The notes under the pieces: generated by a model | Database searches by the model: none | Told to the model about the DNA's origin: nothing | The model's input: the letters and a program-made list of their open reading frames with translations, nothing else | Shown here: positions 38,916-49,024 of the stretch, in pieces | How positions within the stretch are numbered: the stretch's first letter is position 1 | Layout of the letters: every line of letters begins with the position of its first letter | Position numbers and translations under genes: made by a program | DNA from: Leptospira biflexa | Lineage (GTDB): Bacteria; Spirochaetota; UBA4802; UB4802 | Direction: 5' to 3' | DNA: 64,000 nucleotides | Assembly: GCA_020721905.1 (NCBI GenBank) | Contig: DYLU01000001.1 | Location: 32,439-96,438 of the forward strand

Positions 38916-40085
38916 ATGACGTGTGCTACTATTAGCATATACCATAATTACGGAATCAACTCTATGCGAAGTTCAATGTTTTATATCATCTTCATAGCAA
39001 TTCTGATAATCTATTTTACAGCCAATTTTTACGTGCTGCAACGCATACAAAAACTGGTACCCTATCAGTATAAAATTTTGACCGCAACTTTTATAAGCAT
39101 CCTTGCTCTTTCGTTTTTAGTTGGCAGAATACTTGAACGCTATACTGTTTGTGCAGTCAGTAACTTCCTCATCTGGATTGGGGCGCTGTGGTTAGGCATT
39201 TTTACATATCTGTTTTTGGGGTTTATTATTGGCGATAGTATCCAGGGAATAATTCATCTTTTTACAAGAGCACTTAATATTCAAAAGACAGCCTATGCTC
39301 TCGTCATTATTGTAAGTATGGTTATCACATCTATAGGATTTATTAACGCGCGAACACCTCAAGTAAAGGAAATAGCCATACATATTAATAAGCCTTCATC
39401 ATTAAAGCACCTGAAAATTGCGTATGTCAGCGATATCCATCTGGGGTCAATCATAGCAAATTCTCGTTTACAAAACCTGGTAAGGCTTATAAATAATGCA
39501 CAGCCAGATCTCATCATTTTTGGGGGTGATATACTGGATGAAGATATCAAACCCGTCATTGAAAATAATTTAGGTGAACTACTGGTACAATTGAAAGCCA
39601 GATACGGCATAATTGCGGTACCCGGAAACCATGAATATATTGGGGGAATACAGAATGCTATTAATTATATTAAAGATCATAATATACAGGTTTTAAGGGA
39701 TGAAGTGTATTCCATTGGCGATATACAGATTATAGGGCGCGATGACAGAAGCAAATTTGCATTTACCGGTTTTAGGCGTTTATCATTAGAAAATTTAATA
39801 AAACAGGTAAATGTTTCAAAACCAGTTATAGTCATTGACCATCAACCATTTAAACTATCACAAACATCTTTATATCCTGTTGACATTCTTCTTTCGGGCC
39901 ACTCACATCATGGTCAATTATTCCCATTTAACTATATCACAAAAAAACTTTACAAGATCAGCTGGGGATACAAAGTAATTCATAATACTCACGTGTATGT
40001 ATCAAGTGGATATGGTACATGGGGACCTCCAATACGAACCAACAGCTATCCTGAGATAGTTATATTTAATTTACATTTTAAATAA
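38916..40085 (+). CDS. Membrane-anchored metallophosphoesterase (YkuE/YaeI-like)
   Basis: SDIHLG, GGD, GNHE, HQP, SGHSHHGQ, SSGYGTWGPP. Confidence 0.92.
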   Translation: MTCATISIYHNYGINSMRSSMFYIIFIAILIIYFTANFYVLQRIQKLVPYQYKILTATFISILALSFLVGRILERYTVCAVSNFLIWIGALWLGIFTYLFLGFIIGDSIQGIIHLFTRALNIQKTAYALVIIVSMVITSIGFINARTPQVKEIAIHINKPSSLKHLKIAYVSDIHLGSIIANSRLQNLVRLINNAQPDLIIFGGDILDEDIKPVIENNLGELLVQLKARYGIIAVPGNHEYIGGIQNAINYIKDHNIQVLRDEVYSIGDIQIIGRDDRSKFAFTGFRRLSLENLIKQVNVSKPVIVIDHQPFKLSQTSLYPVDILLSGHSHHGQLFPFNYITKKLYKISWGYKVIHNTHVYVSSGYGTWGPPIRTNSYPEIVIFNLHFK

Positions 40086-40354
40086 AATATAACACCGTAT
40101 TACCGGTCAGTGACAATTTATCCTGCTTGCAGTATTTATCATTTATTCTTTTCCTTATTCTAAGCAGGAAAAGAATGATTATCCCCACTACCAGTTTCAG
40201 CAATTTTATATATTTCATAACTTTATACTTAAAATCATTTTGTGGGAATTATTATTGTAACATTTATTATTTTTTTACTAAAATCTCTTGACACATTATT
40301 ATAACAGGTGTTTACCGTATGCACATAAAATTTTCTTCATCAGGAGATATACTT

Positions 40355-42307
40355 ATGAAGAAGCTTTTAAAAATTTCCTTCTGGATTGTAATATCATTAT
40401 TATTTGCCCTATCCTTTGCTATAGTCACACAGATTTACAATCCTCAGGAAAAAATTAATGCGTTATGGATAGTTACAGCAGCTGCCACATTCTATATGTT
40501 AGCATATCGTTTTTATGGTGCTTTTTTAGCTGCAAAGGTGCTGACACTTGATAAAACCCGTGTTACACCAGCTTATAGATTGAACGATAACACCAACTAC
40601 TATCCTACAAATAAATGGGTATTATTTGGCCATCATTTTGCTGCAATAGCCGGTGCAGGCCCATTAATTGGTCCGGTACTTGCAGCACAGTTTGGCTATC
40701 TACCAGGATTTTTATGGATACTCATTGGTTCAGTATTTGCAGGCGGCGTTCATGACATGGTAATACTTGTTGCATCAATCCGCAAAGATGGCAAATCGCT
40801 GGCTGAGATTGCTAAAGAAGAAATTGGGCCGGTGACAGGGCTTGCGGCTTTATTTGCAGTACTATTTATTTTAATAGTTGCTATCGCCGGGCTTGGCCTT
40901 GTTGTAGTAAACTCTTTATATAATAATCCATGGGGCACTTTTATCATAGCAATGACCATACCCATTGCACTGCTTATGGGTGTATACATGAAATCCATAC
41001 GCCCCGAAAAAGTTTTTGAAACATCGCTTATTGGAATTGCGTTACTGCTAATAACCGTTATTTATGGCAGGTATATCCTTGGTACAAGCATTGAAGGATT
41101 CTTTACATTAAATCAGCATAATCTGGCAATAGCTCTTGCCATCTATGGCTTTATAGCCAGTGTGTTGCCAGTATGGCTCCTCCTTGCCCCCCGTGATTAC
41201 CTGTCATCTTTTATGAAAATTGGTGTTATTTTACTGCTGGCTATTGGCGTAGTTGCTGTCCATCCCAATCTTCATCTGCCGGCATTGACACAATTTATCC
41301 ACGGCAATGGACCAATCATTCCAGGAAAACTATTCCCATTTGTATTTATAACGATAGCTTGTGGTGCTATTTCAGGATTTCACTCACTTATTTCATCTGG
41401 TACAACACCCAAGATGATAGAAAACGAAAAGTATGCATTACCCATTGGTTACGGTGCCATGCTTACTGAAGGGTTTGTATCAATGATGGCACTTATTGCT
41501 GCCGCAGTACTCATCCCCGGTGATTATCTTGCAATCAACACTCACCTGTCATTTGATACACTGGCTCAGATGGGATTCCCGGTGGACAAAATCAATGACC
41601 TGTCAAAACTTGTTGGCATTGATTTAGCAGGCCGCCCCGGTGGTGCTGTTTCACTTGCCGTGGGCATGGCATATATCTTTTCATCCATACCTTTCTTAAA
41701 CCATTTGATGGCATACCTGTATCAGTTTGCCATCATGTTTGAAGCGCTATTTATTTTAACTACCATTGATGCCGGTACCCGTGTTGCCCGGTATGTTGTA
41801 CAGGAATTGGGCGGCTATATCTATAAACCGTTTGGTGAATTACGATCACTTCCAAGTAATTTCATTGCAAGTTTGCTTGTTGTAATAGCATGGGGTTATT
41901 TTATTTACACAGGTTCAGTTCAAACAATCTGGCGAATGTTTGGCACAGCAAATCAGCTTTTAGCCATGTTAGCTCTGTGCATTGGTACTACGGTTATCAT
42001 CAAAATGGATAAAATAAAATACATCTGGGTTACGCTGTTACCCATGCTCTTTATGCTCAGCACCACCTTCACCGCAGCCATAACCCTTATAATTGAATAT
42101 GTACCAAAAGCACTTTCATCACAGCCTGATGCATACAGTTTTATGATTAATATCTTTTTACTGGGGCTTATGATTCTTTTAGCTCTGTTTATTCTTCTGG
42201 ACTCTGTGTATAAATGGTATGGATTTATTACCGGAAAACGCCCTATTGGAAACAATAAAAGCCAGCCATCACAGTATTCAAAAGAATTTCCAAAAATGAG
42301 TGATTAA
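40355..42307 (+). CDS. cstA: Carbon starvation protein A family transporter (CstA/BtsT)
   Basis: FGHHFAAIAGAGPLIGP, LLAPRDYLS, IACGAISGFH, LTTIDAGTR; AGGAG RBS before ATG 40355. Confidence 0.95.
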   Translation: MKKLLKISFWIVISLLFALSFAIVTQIYNPQEKINALWIVTAAATFYMLAYRFYGAFLAAKVLTLDKTRVTPAYRLNDNTNYYPTNKWVLFGHHFAAIAGAGPLIGPVLAAQFGYLPGFLWILIGSVFAGGVHDMVILVASIRKDGKSLAEIAKEEIGPVTGLAALFAVLFILIVAIAGLGLVVVNSLYNNPWGTFIIAMTIPIALLMGVYMKSIRPEKVFETSLIGIALLLITVIYGRYILGTSIEGFFTLNQHNLAIALAIYGFIASVLPVWLLLAPRDYLSSFMKIGVILLLAIGVVAVHPNLHLPALTQFIHGNGPIIPGKLFPFVFITIACGAISGFHSLISSGTTPKMIENEKYALPIGYGAMLTEGFVSMMALIAAAVLIPGDYLAINTHLSFDTLAQMGFPVDKINDLSKLVGIDLAGRPGGAVSLAVGMAYIFSSIPFLNHLMAYLYQFAIMFEALFILTTIDAGTRVARYVVQELGGYIYKPFGELRSLPSNFIASLLVVIAWGYFIYTGSVQTIWRMFGTANQLLAMLALCIGTTVIIKMDKIKYIWVTLLPMLFMLSTTFTAAITLIIEYVPKALSSQPDAYSFMINIFLLGLMILLALFILLDSVYKWYGFITGKRPIGNNKSQPSQYSKEFPKMSD

Positions 42308-42315
42308 ATGGCTTC

Positions 42316-43332
42316 ATGCCCAAAACACATGTAACAATACCATTCTTTATACCACATTCTGGTTGCAGGCACCGATGTGTGTTCTGCAACCAGATATACA
42401 CCAGCAATACACGATCTCTTCCTGATGAAGAATATATGGTTAAAAAAATTGAACAATACTTGCAAACCATAAAAACTGGTGTAACACACATTGAAATTGC
42501 TTTTTTTGGCGGAAGCTTTACCGGCCTTGATGAAGAAATTCAAAAAAATTATCTGGCTATAGCTCATTCTTATCACTCTTTGCATAAAATTGACGGCATA
42601 CGCTTATCAACTCGTCCTGACTATATAACCCATAGAACGCTTTCATTGCTCAGGGAATATCACGTTACAACGGTTGAATTAGGTGCTCAATCGATGCACG
42701 CTGATGTACTCCAACAATCACAACGGGGTCATACAGTACAGGATATAATAGATGCTTCAAAGCTCATTAAAGAATATGGTTTTAATCTTGTAATTCAGCT
42801 TATGCCAGGCCTCCCCTCCGATTCATTTGAAAAATCAATTGAAACAGCATATAAAACAGTATTATTACAGCCTGATGGCGTACGTATCTATCCAACTGTT
42901 GTCATTAAAGATACCCAATTAGAAACATTATACAAAGAAGGAAAATATATGCCTTTATTATTGGATGAAGCTATTGAATTATGTGCTCACATATACAGCC
43001 TGTTTACCACAAACAATATTCCGGTGATCAGAATGGGTTTACATCCATTTGATGATGCTGTAGCTGACACCATCATTGCCGGACCATATCATCCATCATT
43101 TGGCTACTTAGTAAAATCACGATACTTTCGCAATACTTTAGAAGATAGGATTAAAACCTTTTTACAAAACAACAGCACACAAACGTTAGCCATAGAATTG
43201 CCGCAACACAATATTGCAGAATATTATGGCCCGCATAAAGAAAATATTGCTTTTTTACGTATCGTGTTTAATACTGTTACATTGCAATTTCATTCTGCTG
43301 ATACACAAGAACCGGTACTATTGAAAGCATAA
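42316..43332 (+). CDS. Elp3/YhcC-like radical SAM protein
   Basis: GCRHRCVFC, AFFGGSFT, STRPD, ELGAQS, GPYHPSFG. Confidence 0.88.
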   Translation: MPKTHVTIPFFIPHSGCRHRCVFCNQIYTSNTRSLPDEEYMVKKIEQYLQTIKTGVTHIEIAFFGGSFTGLDEEIQKNYLAIAHSYHSLHKIDGIRLSTRPDYITHRTLSLLREYHVTTVELGAQSMHADVLQQSQRGHTVQDIIDASKLIKEYGFNLVIQLMPGLPSDSFEKSIETAYKTVLLQPDGVRIYPTVVIKDTQLETLYKEGKYMPLLLDEAIELCAHIYSLFTTNNIPVIRMGLHPFDDAVADTIIAGPYHPSFGYLVKSRYFRNTLEDRIKTFLQNNSTQTLAIELPQHNIAEYYGPHKENIAFLRIVFNTVTLQFHSADTQEPVLLKA

Positions 43333-43374
43333 TTCAGAATAACTCCACTAAAATCCTATTACCAGGAGCGCACC

Positions 43375-45249
43375 ATGCAACATCATCAGAAAGTATTCTT
43401 CATAGACCTTTCCACCGGTTACTATCGCCTGGCACGATACCCTATTGGTGATTTTTTTGGGCCTGTTGATCTGGGCCTTCACATTGCACAGCGCTACTAT
43501 ACCACCAATATCGGCGTTGGAATGTTAGCTGGTTCAATCTTCCCTGGCTCAAACCGCCTTTTTATCAATGGATATTCACCCTGCTGGAACAGCTTCTTTA
43601 TTTCATCTATGGGTGGTGCAGGCTTAGTGTTTGATAACTTAGGTATAAACATGATTGCTCTTTCCAAAAAAGCCCTAACACCTTCGGTGCTGTATCTTAA
43701 CCGTATTCATGGCGAAGAAATTGAAATTGAAATAAAACCCATTGATATATTCAGGATATGGGAAAGCGGACATGGTGGTGTGTATTCCCTGATGCATGAA
43801 GTTTTAACCATGTTTGCCGGTAAATATTTAACTGATCCGCGCGTATTAGCCACTGGTCCTGCTTCATATGCAACCGATTTTGGCGCACTGTGTTCAGCAT
43901 CTGTGAAAGACGGCACGCTCACCTGGGTTGATACATGGGCCGGGCGTGGCGGATTTGGATCAAAGCTTTTCCGTGAACATGGTATTGCCGCTATTATTTA
44001 CGGCGGTACATATATCGATGAAGACTTCAGAGACCGTAAAGTTGCCGACGAATGGTTTATTGATAAATACAGCAAAAAGCTGGCAGCCAAAGACTTAGAA
44101 GCAACAACTAAGTATCGCTTTGACCCGCAGTTTAATACCGGTGGTACATTTGGCGTTAATTTTGCTACTATTGGCGGGAAGCTGCTTGCATTTAACTATC
44201 GCTCAATTTATATGACCGAAGAAGAAAGACTTGCCATTCATCAAAAGCTTGTTGTTGATCATTACCTGAAACAATTTAATGAAGAAACTATCTCCACCAA
44301 AAGCATGAAAACCTGCGGTGAGCCCTGTACTGCCGTTTGCAAAAAGATGCGCGATATTTACAAAAAAGATTACGAGCCGTATCAGGCAATGGGACCTCTA
44401 TGCGGTATTTTTGATCAAAGATCAGCTGAGATGCTGATCCACAAAGCCGATATGTATGGGTTTGATGCCATTTCAGTTGGTGGTGTGCTGTCGTGGCTTA
44501 TGGAATGCCTTGATAAAAAATTAATAAAACCTGAAGAAGCCGGTGTAACTCATCTTCCTGTTTTTTCGCATGTTAACTTCAGTGCCCAAACTGATTCAAA
44601 ACACAACGCTGAAATTGGAAGCCAGCTTTTAGATACAATCATTCATAAAAAAGGAATCCTTGATTTCACCGAGGGGGCACGCAAATTTGCCCGCAAATTA
44701 GCTCGAGAAAAAAGCAAGGATATAATTGATTGCTTTGTGTATAACGCCAACGCACGTAAAGGCTGGATTGTTCCCAACCAGTACTGGGTTCCAGGGGTAC
44801 TATCGCCCATGCCTATTATGGGTAAGTATTACATGTACTACGGGTATGATTTTTTACCGCCACGTGAGTTAGGCCGCAAAAACGCACATCGTATGATCAA
44901 GGAGCTTATGCTTGACAACACCGGTTTTTGCCGTTTTCACAGGCTGTGGGCTGAAGACATGATCCCTGAAATCATCAATTCACTGTATGGTATGCATAAA
45001 GAATTTTTAACAAATCTTAACATGACCGCAAGCAGAATTAACAGCCGCAACGTATCAATTTACTGGGAATCGACTCGAAACATTGATTTTATTAAAATGT
45101 ATTTAAAGCGACAGCATGATGTTGAAAACGTCAATGATAAAGAATTACTGCACTGGATCATGCAATTTGAACAAAACCCGCACGAAGCTGCATACAACTA
45201 CTGGTTTGAAATTTTAAAAGGTGTGCATGAATCATTACGTGAATTTTAA
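43375..45249 (+). CDS. AOR-family tungstoenzyme, glyceraldehyde-3-phosphate:ferredoxin oxidoreductase (GAPOR)-like
   Basis: AGSIFPGSNRL, SSMGGAG, WAGRGG, KYRFDP..NTGGTFG, TCGEPC..VCKK, YEPY..GPL, DNTGFCRFHR.W, matching remembered archaeal GAPOR motifs. Confidence 0.85.
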   Translation: MQHHQKVFFIDLSTGYYRLARYPIGDFFGPVDLGLHIAQRYYTTNIGVGMLAGSIFPGSNRLFINGYSPCWNSFFISSMGGAGLVFDNLGINMIALSKKALTPSVLYLNRIHGEEIEIEIKPIDIFRIWESGHGGVYSLMHEVLTMFAGKYLTDPRVLATGPASYATDFGALCSASVKDGTLTWVDTWAGRGGFGSKLFREHGIAAIIYGGTYIDEDFRDRKVADEWFIDKYSKKLAAKDLEATTKYRFDPQFNTGGTFGVNFATIGGKLLAFNYRSIYMTEEERLAIHQKLVVDHYLKQFNEETISTKSMKTCGEPCTAVCKKMRDIYKKDYEPYQAMGPLCGIFDQRSAEMLIHKADMYGFDAISVGGVLSWLMECLDKKLIKPEEAGVTHLPVFSHVNFSAQTDSKHNAEIGSQLLDTIIHKKGILDFTEGARKFARKLAREKSKDIIDCFVYNANARKGWIVPNQYWVPGVLSPMPIMGKYYMYYGYDFLPPRELGRKNAHRMIKELMLDNTGFCRFHRLWAEDMIPEIINSLYGMHKEFLTNLNMTASRINSRNVSIYWESTRNIDFIKMYLKRQHDVENVNDKELLHWIMQFEQNPHEAAYNYWFEILKGVHESLREF

Positions 45250-45264
45250 GGGGCGATAGTTACC

Positions 45265-46155
45265 ATGGAAGATAATCTAAGCTTACGATACATCTGTGAC
45301 GAATACAATCTCAGGATCTATGCTGTACTGACTAAACATGTATTGCAGGAGATGATAAGCATTCACAACACAACACCGCATGCTACTATAGCATTTGGAC
45401 GCACACTGAATGCTGCCCTGCTTATGGCTGCTTCTTCAATTAAACCGCATTTTCATGATACGTTGAGTATTAATATAAGCTGCAGCGGACCATTAAAGGA
45501 GATAGTAGTTCAGGTTGACGGCAATGGAAATGTACGGGGATATGTTGGCAATCCCAATGTTGACCTGGAACTGCAGTCAGAAACGCTGAATATATCTAAA
45601 GCGCTGGGTGCTGGTGTCATTACCGTAACACGTGATCTGGGTTTGAGGGAGCCCTATAAAAGTGTTTGGCCCATCATCTATGGTGACATAGCAAAAGATA
45701 TTGCCAACTACTTACTGGAATCAGAGCAAATACCTTCAGCACTGATACTTGCGGTTAATTGGAACAAAGAAGGGGCTATTACTCGTTCAGGGGGGATTTT
45801 AATACAAACATTTCCCACCACCCCATCATATGTTGTAGAATTAATTGAAAGCAGGTTGCAAAGCGGCTTTTCGCTTGATAAAAAGCTTGAAGAAGAAAAA
45901 TCAATTAAGGCCATTATTGAAGAGCTTATTGGCAAAGAAACTAAAGAACTTGGCGCATTACCCTTGCAGCACCACTGCAGGTGCACAAAAGAACTGTTAG
46001 CAGCCATACTGGAATCGGTTGATACACATGAGCTGGAAGACATGATACAAAAAGATCATGGTGCACATATCACCTGCGCTTTTTGTAAAAAAGAATACAG
46101 GTTTACCCGCGAAGAATTGCAAAAGATAGTCTTAAAGAAAGAAAAGGTACATTAA
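45265..46155 (+). CDS. hslO: Redox-regulated chaperone Hsp33
   Basis: GNVRGY, YLLESEQIPS, GGILIQ, CRC..CAFC zinc site. Confidence 0.93.
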   Translation: MEDNLSLRYICDEYNLRIYAVLTKHVLQEMISIHNTTPHATIAFGRTLNAALLMAASSIKPHFHDTLSINISCSGPLKEIVVQVDGNGNVRGYVGNPNVDLELQSETLNISKALGAGVITVTRDLGLREPYKSVWPIIYGDIAKDIANYLLESEQIPSALILAVNWNKEGAITRSGGILIQTFPTTPSYVVELIESRLQSGFSLDKKLEEEKSIKAIIEELIGKETKELGALPLQHHCRCTKELLAAILESVDTHELEDMIQKDHGAHITCAFCKKEYRFTREELQKIVLKKEKVH

Positions 46156-46160
46156 CTTCC

Positions 46161-47573
46161 CTATAATATATACCGTGATAAATCCTTATTCTTTATGGTT
46201 GGGCCTAATTTGGCTTTAACAAATTCAGCATTGATAACAAAATTTTTATGGGCATCGTCTAAATCTGGCGCATCAAAGAGTATATCTTCCAGAAGCTTTT
46301 CCATAATGGTGTGAAGTCTTCGTGCACCTATGTTTTCATGCTCTTCATTGAGTATCTGTGCTGTCTTTGCAATTTCAGCAATACCGTCATCCGAAAACTC
46401 AATGGTTACACCTTCGGTTTTAAGAAGCTCTTTATATTGAAGGGTAAGTGAATTTTTTGGCACTGTAAGTATTTTTCTAAAGTCATCCTCGGTTAATGAA
46501 GCCAGCTCAACCCGTATTGGGAAACGCCCCTGCAATTCAGGAATAAGGTCTGAAGGCTTTGAAATATTAAATGCACCTGCTGCAATAAATAGTATATGAT
46601 TGGTTTTTACAGGACCATATTTTGTATTGACTGTTGTGCCTTCAACAATGGGCAGTAAATCTCTCTGTACCCCCTGACGGGATACATCAGGCCCTGTTTT
46701 TGATTCGGCACCAGCAATTTTATCTATTTCATCTATAAAGACTATCCCCATATCTTCAACTCGCCGTATAGCTTCACTGGTAACTTTTTCCATATCTATA
46801 AGCTTTTCTGTTTCTTCGGCAATAAATATACGCAGAGCATCCTTCACGGTACTTTTTTTCCGTTTGGATTTTTTTGGCATCATATCGCCCAGCATGGATT
46901 GAATCTGAAGATCAATATCCTCAAGGCCAGAACCACCCATAATTGACATAACCGGTATAACATTGGATGCTTCAGATTCATATTCAATCTCAATATCATC
47001 CAATTTGCCGCTTTTTAAATCTTCAATATATTGTGCGCGCATCTGCTCATACAATGTATCCGACTCAAAAATTGATTCTCTGTCTACATGAAAGCCTGAA
47101 ATCTGCCGCTCATCTAATTCAAATCCTTTTTTAGGAATGATGATATCAACTATCTTGTCATAGGCATTTTTTAAAGCTTTACCCTCAACCATTGCACTGT
47201 ATTCCTTTTTTACCATATTCACTGCAATGGAAGTTAAATCGCGTATCATGGATTCAACATCCCGGCCCACATACCCCACCTCGGTATACTTTGTAATCTC
47301 CACTTTAACAAATGGTGCATTAACCAGCCGGGATAATCGCCGTGCAATTTCTGTTTTTCCTACTCCTGTGGGTCCTATCATGATTATATTTTTGGGTGCA
47401 ATTTCTTCCTGCAACTCGGGATCCAATTTCTTCCTGCGGCTTCTGTTCCTGAGAGCTATCGCCACACATTTTTTTGCCATATGTTGTCCAATAATATATT
47501 TATCCAGTTCACTGACAATCTGTCGTGGAGTAAGGTCACCATCTTCGGGAAACTGTATGTTAATATCACTCAT
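46161..47573 (-). CDS. hslU: ATP-dependent protease ATPase subunit
   Basis: [39 protein letters not shown]. Confidence 0.97.
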   Translation of the reverse strand: MSDINIQFPEDGDLTPRQIVSELDKYIIGQHMAKKCVAIALRNRSRRKKLDPELQEEIAPKNIIMIGPTGVGKTEIARRLSRLVNAPFVKVEITKYTEVGYVGRDVESMIRDLTSIAVNMVKKEYSAMVEGKALKNAYDKIVDIIIPKKGFELDERQISGFHVDRESIFESDTLYEQMRAQYIEDLKSGKLDDIEIEYESEASNVIPVMSIMGGSGLEDIDLQIQSMLGDMMPKKSKRKKSTVKDALRIFIAEETEKLIDMEKVTSEAIRRVEDMGIVFIDEIDKIAGAESKTGPDVSRQGVQRDLLPIVEGTTVNTKYGPVKTNHILFIAAGAFNISKPSDLIPELQGRFPIRVELASLTEDDFRKILTVPKNSLTLQYKELLKTEGVTIEFSDDGIAEIAKTAQILNEEHENIGARRLHTIMEKLLEDILFDAPDLDDAHKNFVINAEFVKAKLGPTIKNKDLSRYIL

Positions 47574-48139
47574 TATGCTTTGATCTCCTCAATTATAATG
47601 TTGCTGTTTGAATAAATGCAGATTTCTGATGCAATTATCAATGATTGCTTTACAATGTCAAACGCATTCAACGTAGTATTACGTATAAGTGCCCGTGCTG
47701 CTGCCAGCGCATAGGTTCCACCCGAACCAATACCAATGATGCCGTCATCAGGCTCAATAATTTCACCATTACCGCTGATCAAATAAAGATATTGCTGGTT
47801 ACCAACAATCAGTACTGCTTCCAGCCTGCGCAAAGCCCTGTCCAAACGCCAGTCGCGTGCAAGCTCCACCACACTTCTTGGAATATTGCCGGAATACGAT
47901 TCTAACTTTTGTTCAAGCCTTTCAAACAGTGTCAGTGCATCAGCCACCGAACCCGCAAAACCAGTAAGTATTTTATCATCATACACCTTGCGAATTTTCA
48001 CTGCTTTGCTTTTAATCACCGTATCACCTAACGTGACCTGTCCGTCACAACCCATGGCAATAGTATTGTCTTTTTTAATTGCCAGTACTGTAGTGCCACG
48101 CATTGAAGTATTATTCATCATCATGTCTCCTGTGTGCAT
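47573..48139 (-). CDS. hslV: ATP-dependent protease peptidase subunit (true start probably a downstream Met)
   Basis: TTVLAI N-terminal Thr nucleophile, [21 protein letters not shown]. Confidence 0.96.
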   Translation of the reverse strand: MHTGDMMMNNTSMRGTTVLAIKKDNTIAMGCDGQVTLGDTVIKSKAVKIRKVYDDKILTGFAGSVADALTLFERLEQKLESYSGNIPRSVVELARDWRLDRALRRLEAVLIVGNQQYLYLISGNGEIIEPDDGIIGIGSGGTYALAAARALIRNTTLNAFDIVKQSLIIASEICIYSNSNIIIEEIKA

Positions 48140-49019
48140 GGGGATGATATTTATGATATAATTCTTTTAAACGTTCTATTGTGGTGTGAGTATATTTCTG
48201 TGTTGTAGAAATACTCGCATGCCCCAACATATCCTGCACAGCCCTGATATCAGCACCTCTGTTGAGCAATTCGGTTGCAAAGCTGTGTCGCAACACATGC
48301 GGAGTAACCGATTTCCATAATTGTGCCATGTTTGCTCTTTTATCAATAATATAAAAAATACCCCGTGTTGTCAATCGTTTGCCATTATTATTTACAAATA
48401 AGGGATTGGTTAAACAATTGAATTTTTTTTTGCGTTCATTCATATATTCCTGCAATGCCGTGACAGCAGTATCATTCAAAAACACAATTCTTTCTTTTGA
48501 CCCTTTGCCCAGCACCTTTAACCTTCCGGTTTTATAATCACAATCATCAATGTCAGCATATGTTATTTCCGAAACGCGAGCCCCTGTGGAATAGAACACT
48601 TCCAGCAGTGCTTTGTCGCGATAGTCACCAAAACTTTTGCATTCAAATGCAACCAGTGCCTGAATCTGTTCAAAGGTTAAAAAAACCGGCAAACAATTCT
48701 TTTGTTTAGAGTAATGGATGTCGCGGGCAGGATTACCGTTTCTATAGTTATGAAATTCCAGATACTTAAAAAAAGATTTTAACGTTGCAACCTTTCGTTC
48801 AATTGTTGAAAGTTCATTTCCTTTTTCAAAGCAGTAATCAATAAAATCACGTATATCATTTGCTGTTATAGCAGCGATAGTAACTGATTCAGGGTCAACT
48901 GCTTCATATAAAAATTCCATGAATTGATTCAGGTCTTTGCTATATGATTCAACAGTCAGAGGTGAGGCATTTTTCTCAGCAATAAGGTACTGCATGAATT
49001 TATCAATATAGTGATCCAT
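48111..49019 (-). CDS. xerC: Tyrosine recombinase XerC
   Basis: YSTGARVSE, GKGSKER, HVLRHSFAT, LGHASISTTQKYT; topA-xerC-hslVU context. Confidence 0.9.
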   Translation of the reverse strand: MDHYIDKFMQYLIAEKNASPLTVESYSKDLNQFMEFLYEAVDPESVTIAAITANDIRDFIDYCFEKGNELSTIERKVATLKSFFKYLEFHNYRNGNPARDIHYSKQKNCLPVFLTFEQIQALVAFECKSFGDYRDKALLEVFYSTGARVSEITYADIDDCDYKTGRLKVLGKGSKERIVFLNDTAVTALQEYMNERKKKFNCLTNPLFVNNNGKRLTTRGIFYIIDKRANMAQLWKSVTPHVLRHSFATELLNRGADIRAVQDMLGHASISTTQKYTHTTIERLKELYHKYHPHAHRRHDDE

Positions 49020-49024
49020 ACGTA

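Noticed and set aside
48111..49019. Tyrosine recombinase as a prophage or integron integrase
   Set aside because: It sits in the conserved topA-xerC-hslVU housekeeping context. I saw no att/attC sites, cargo or dif-like site.
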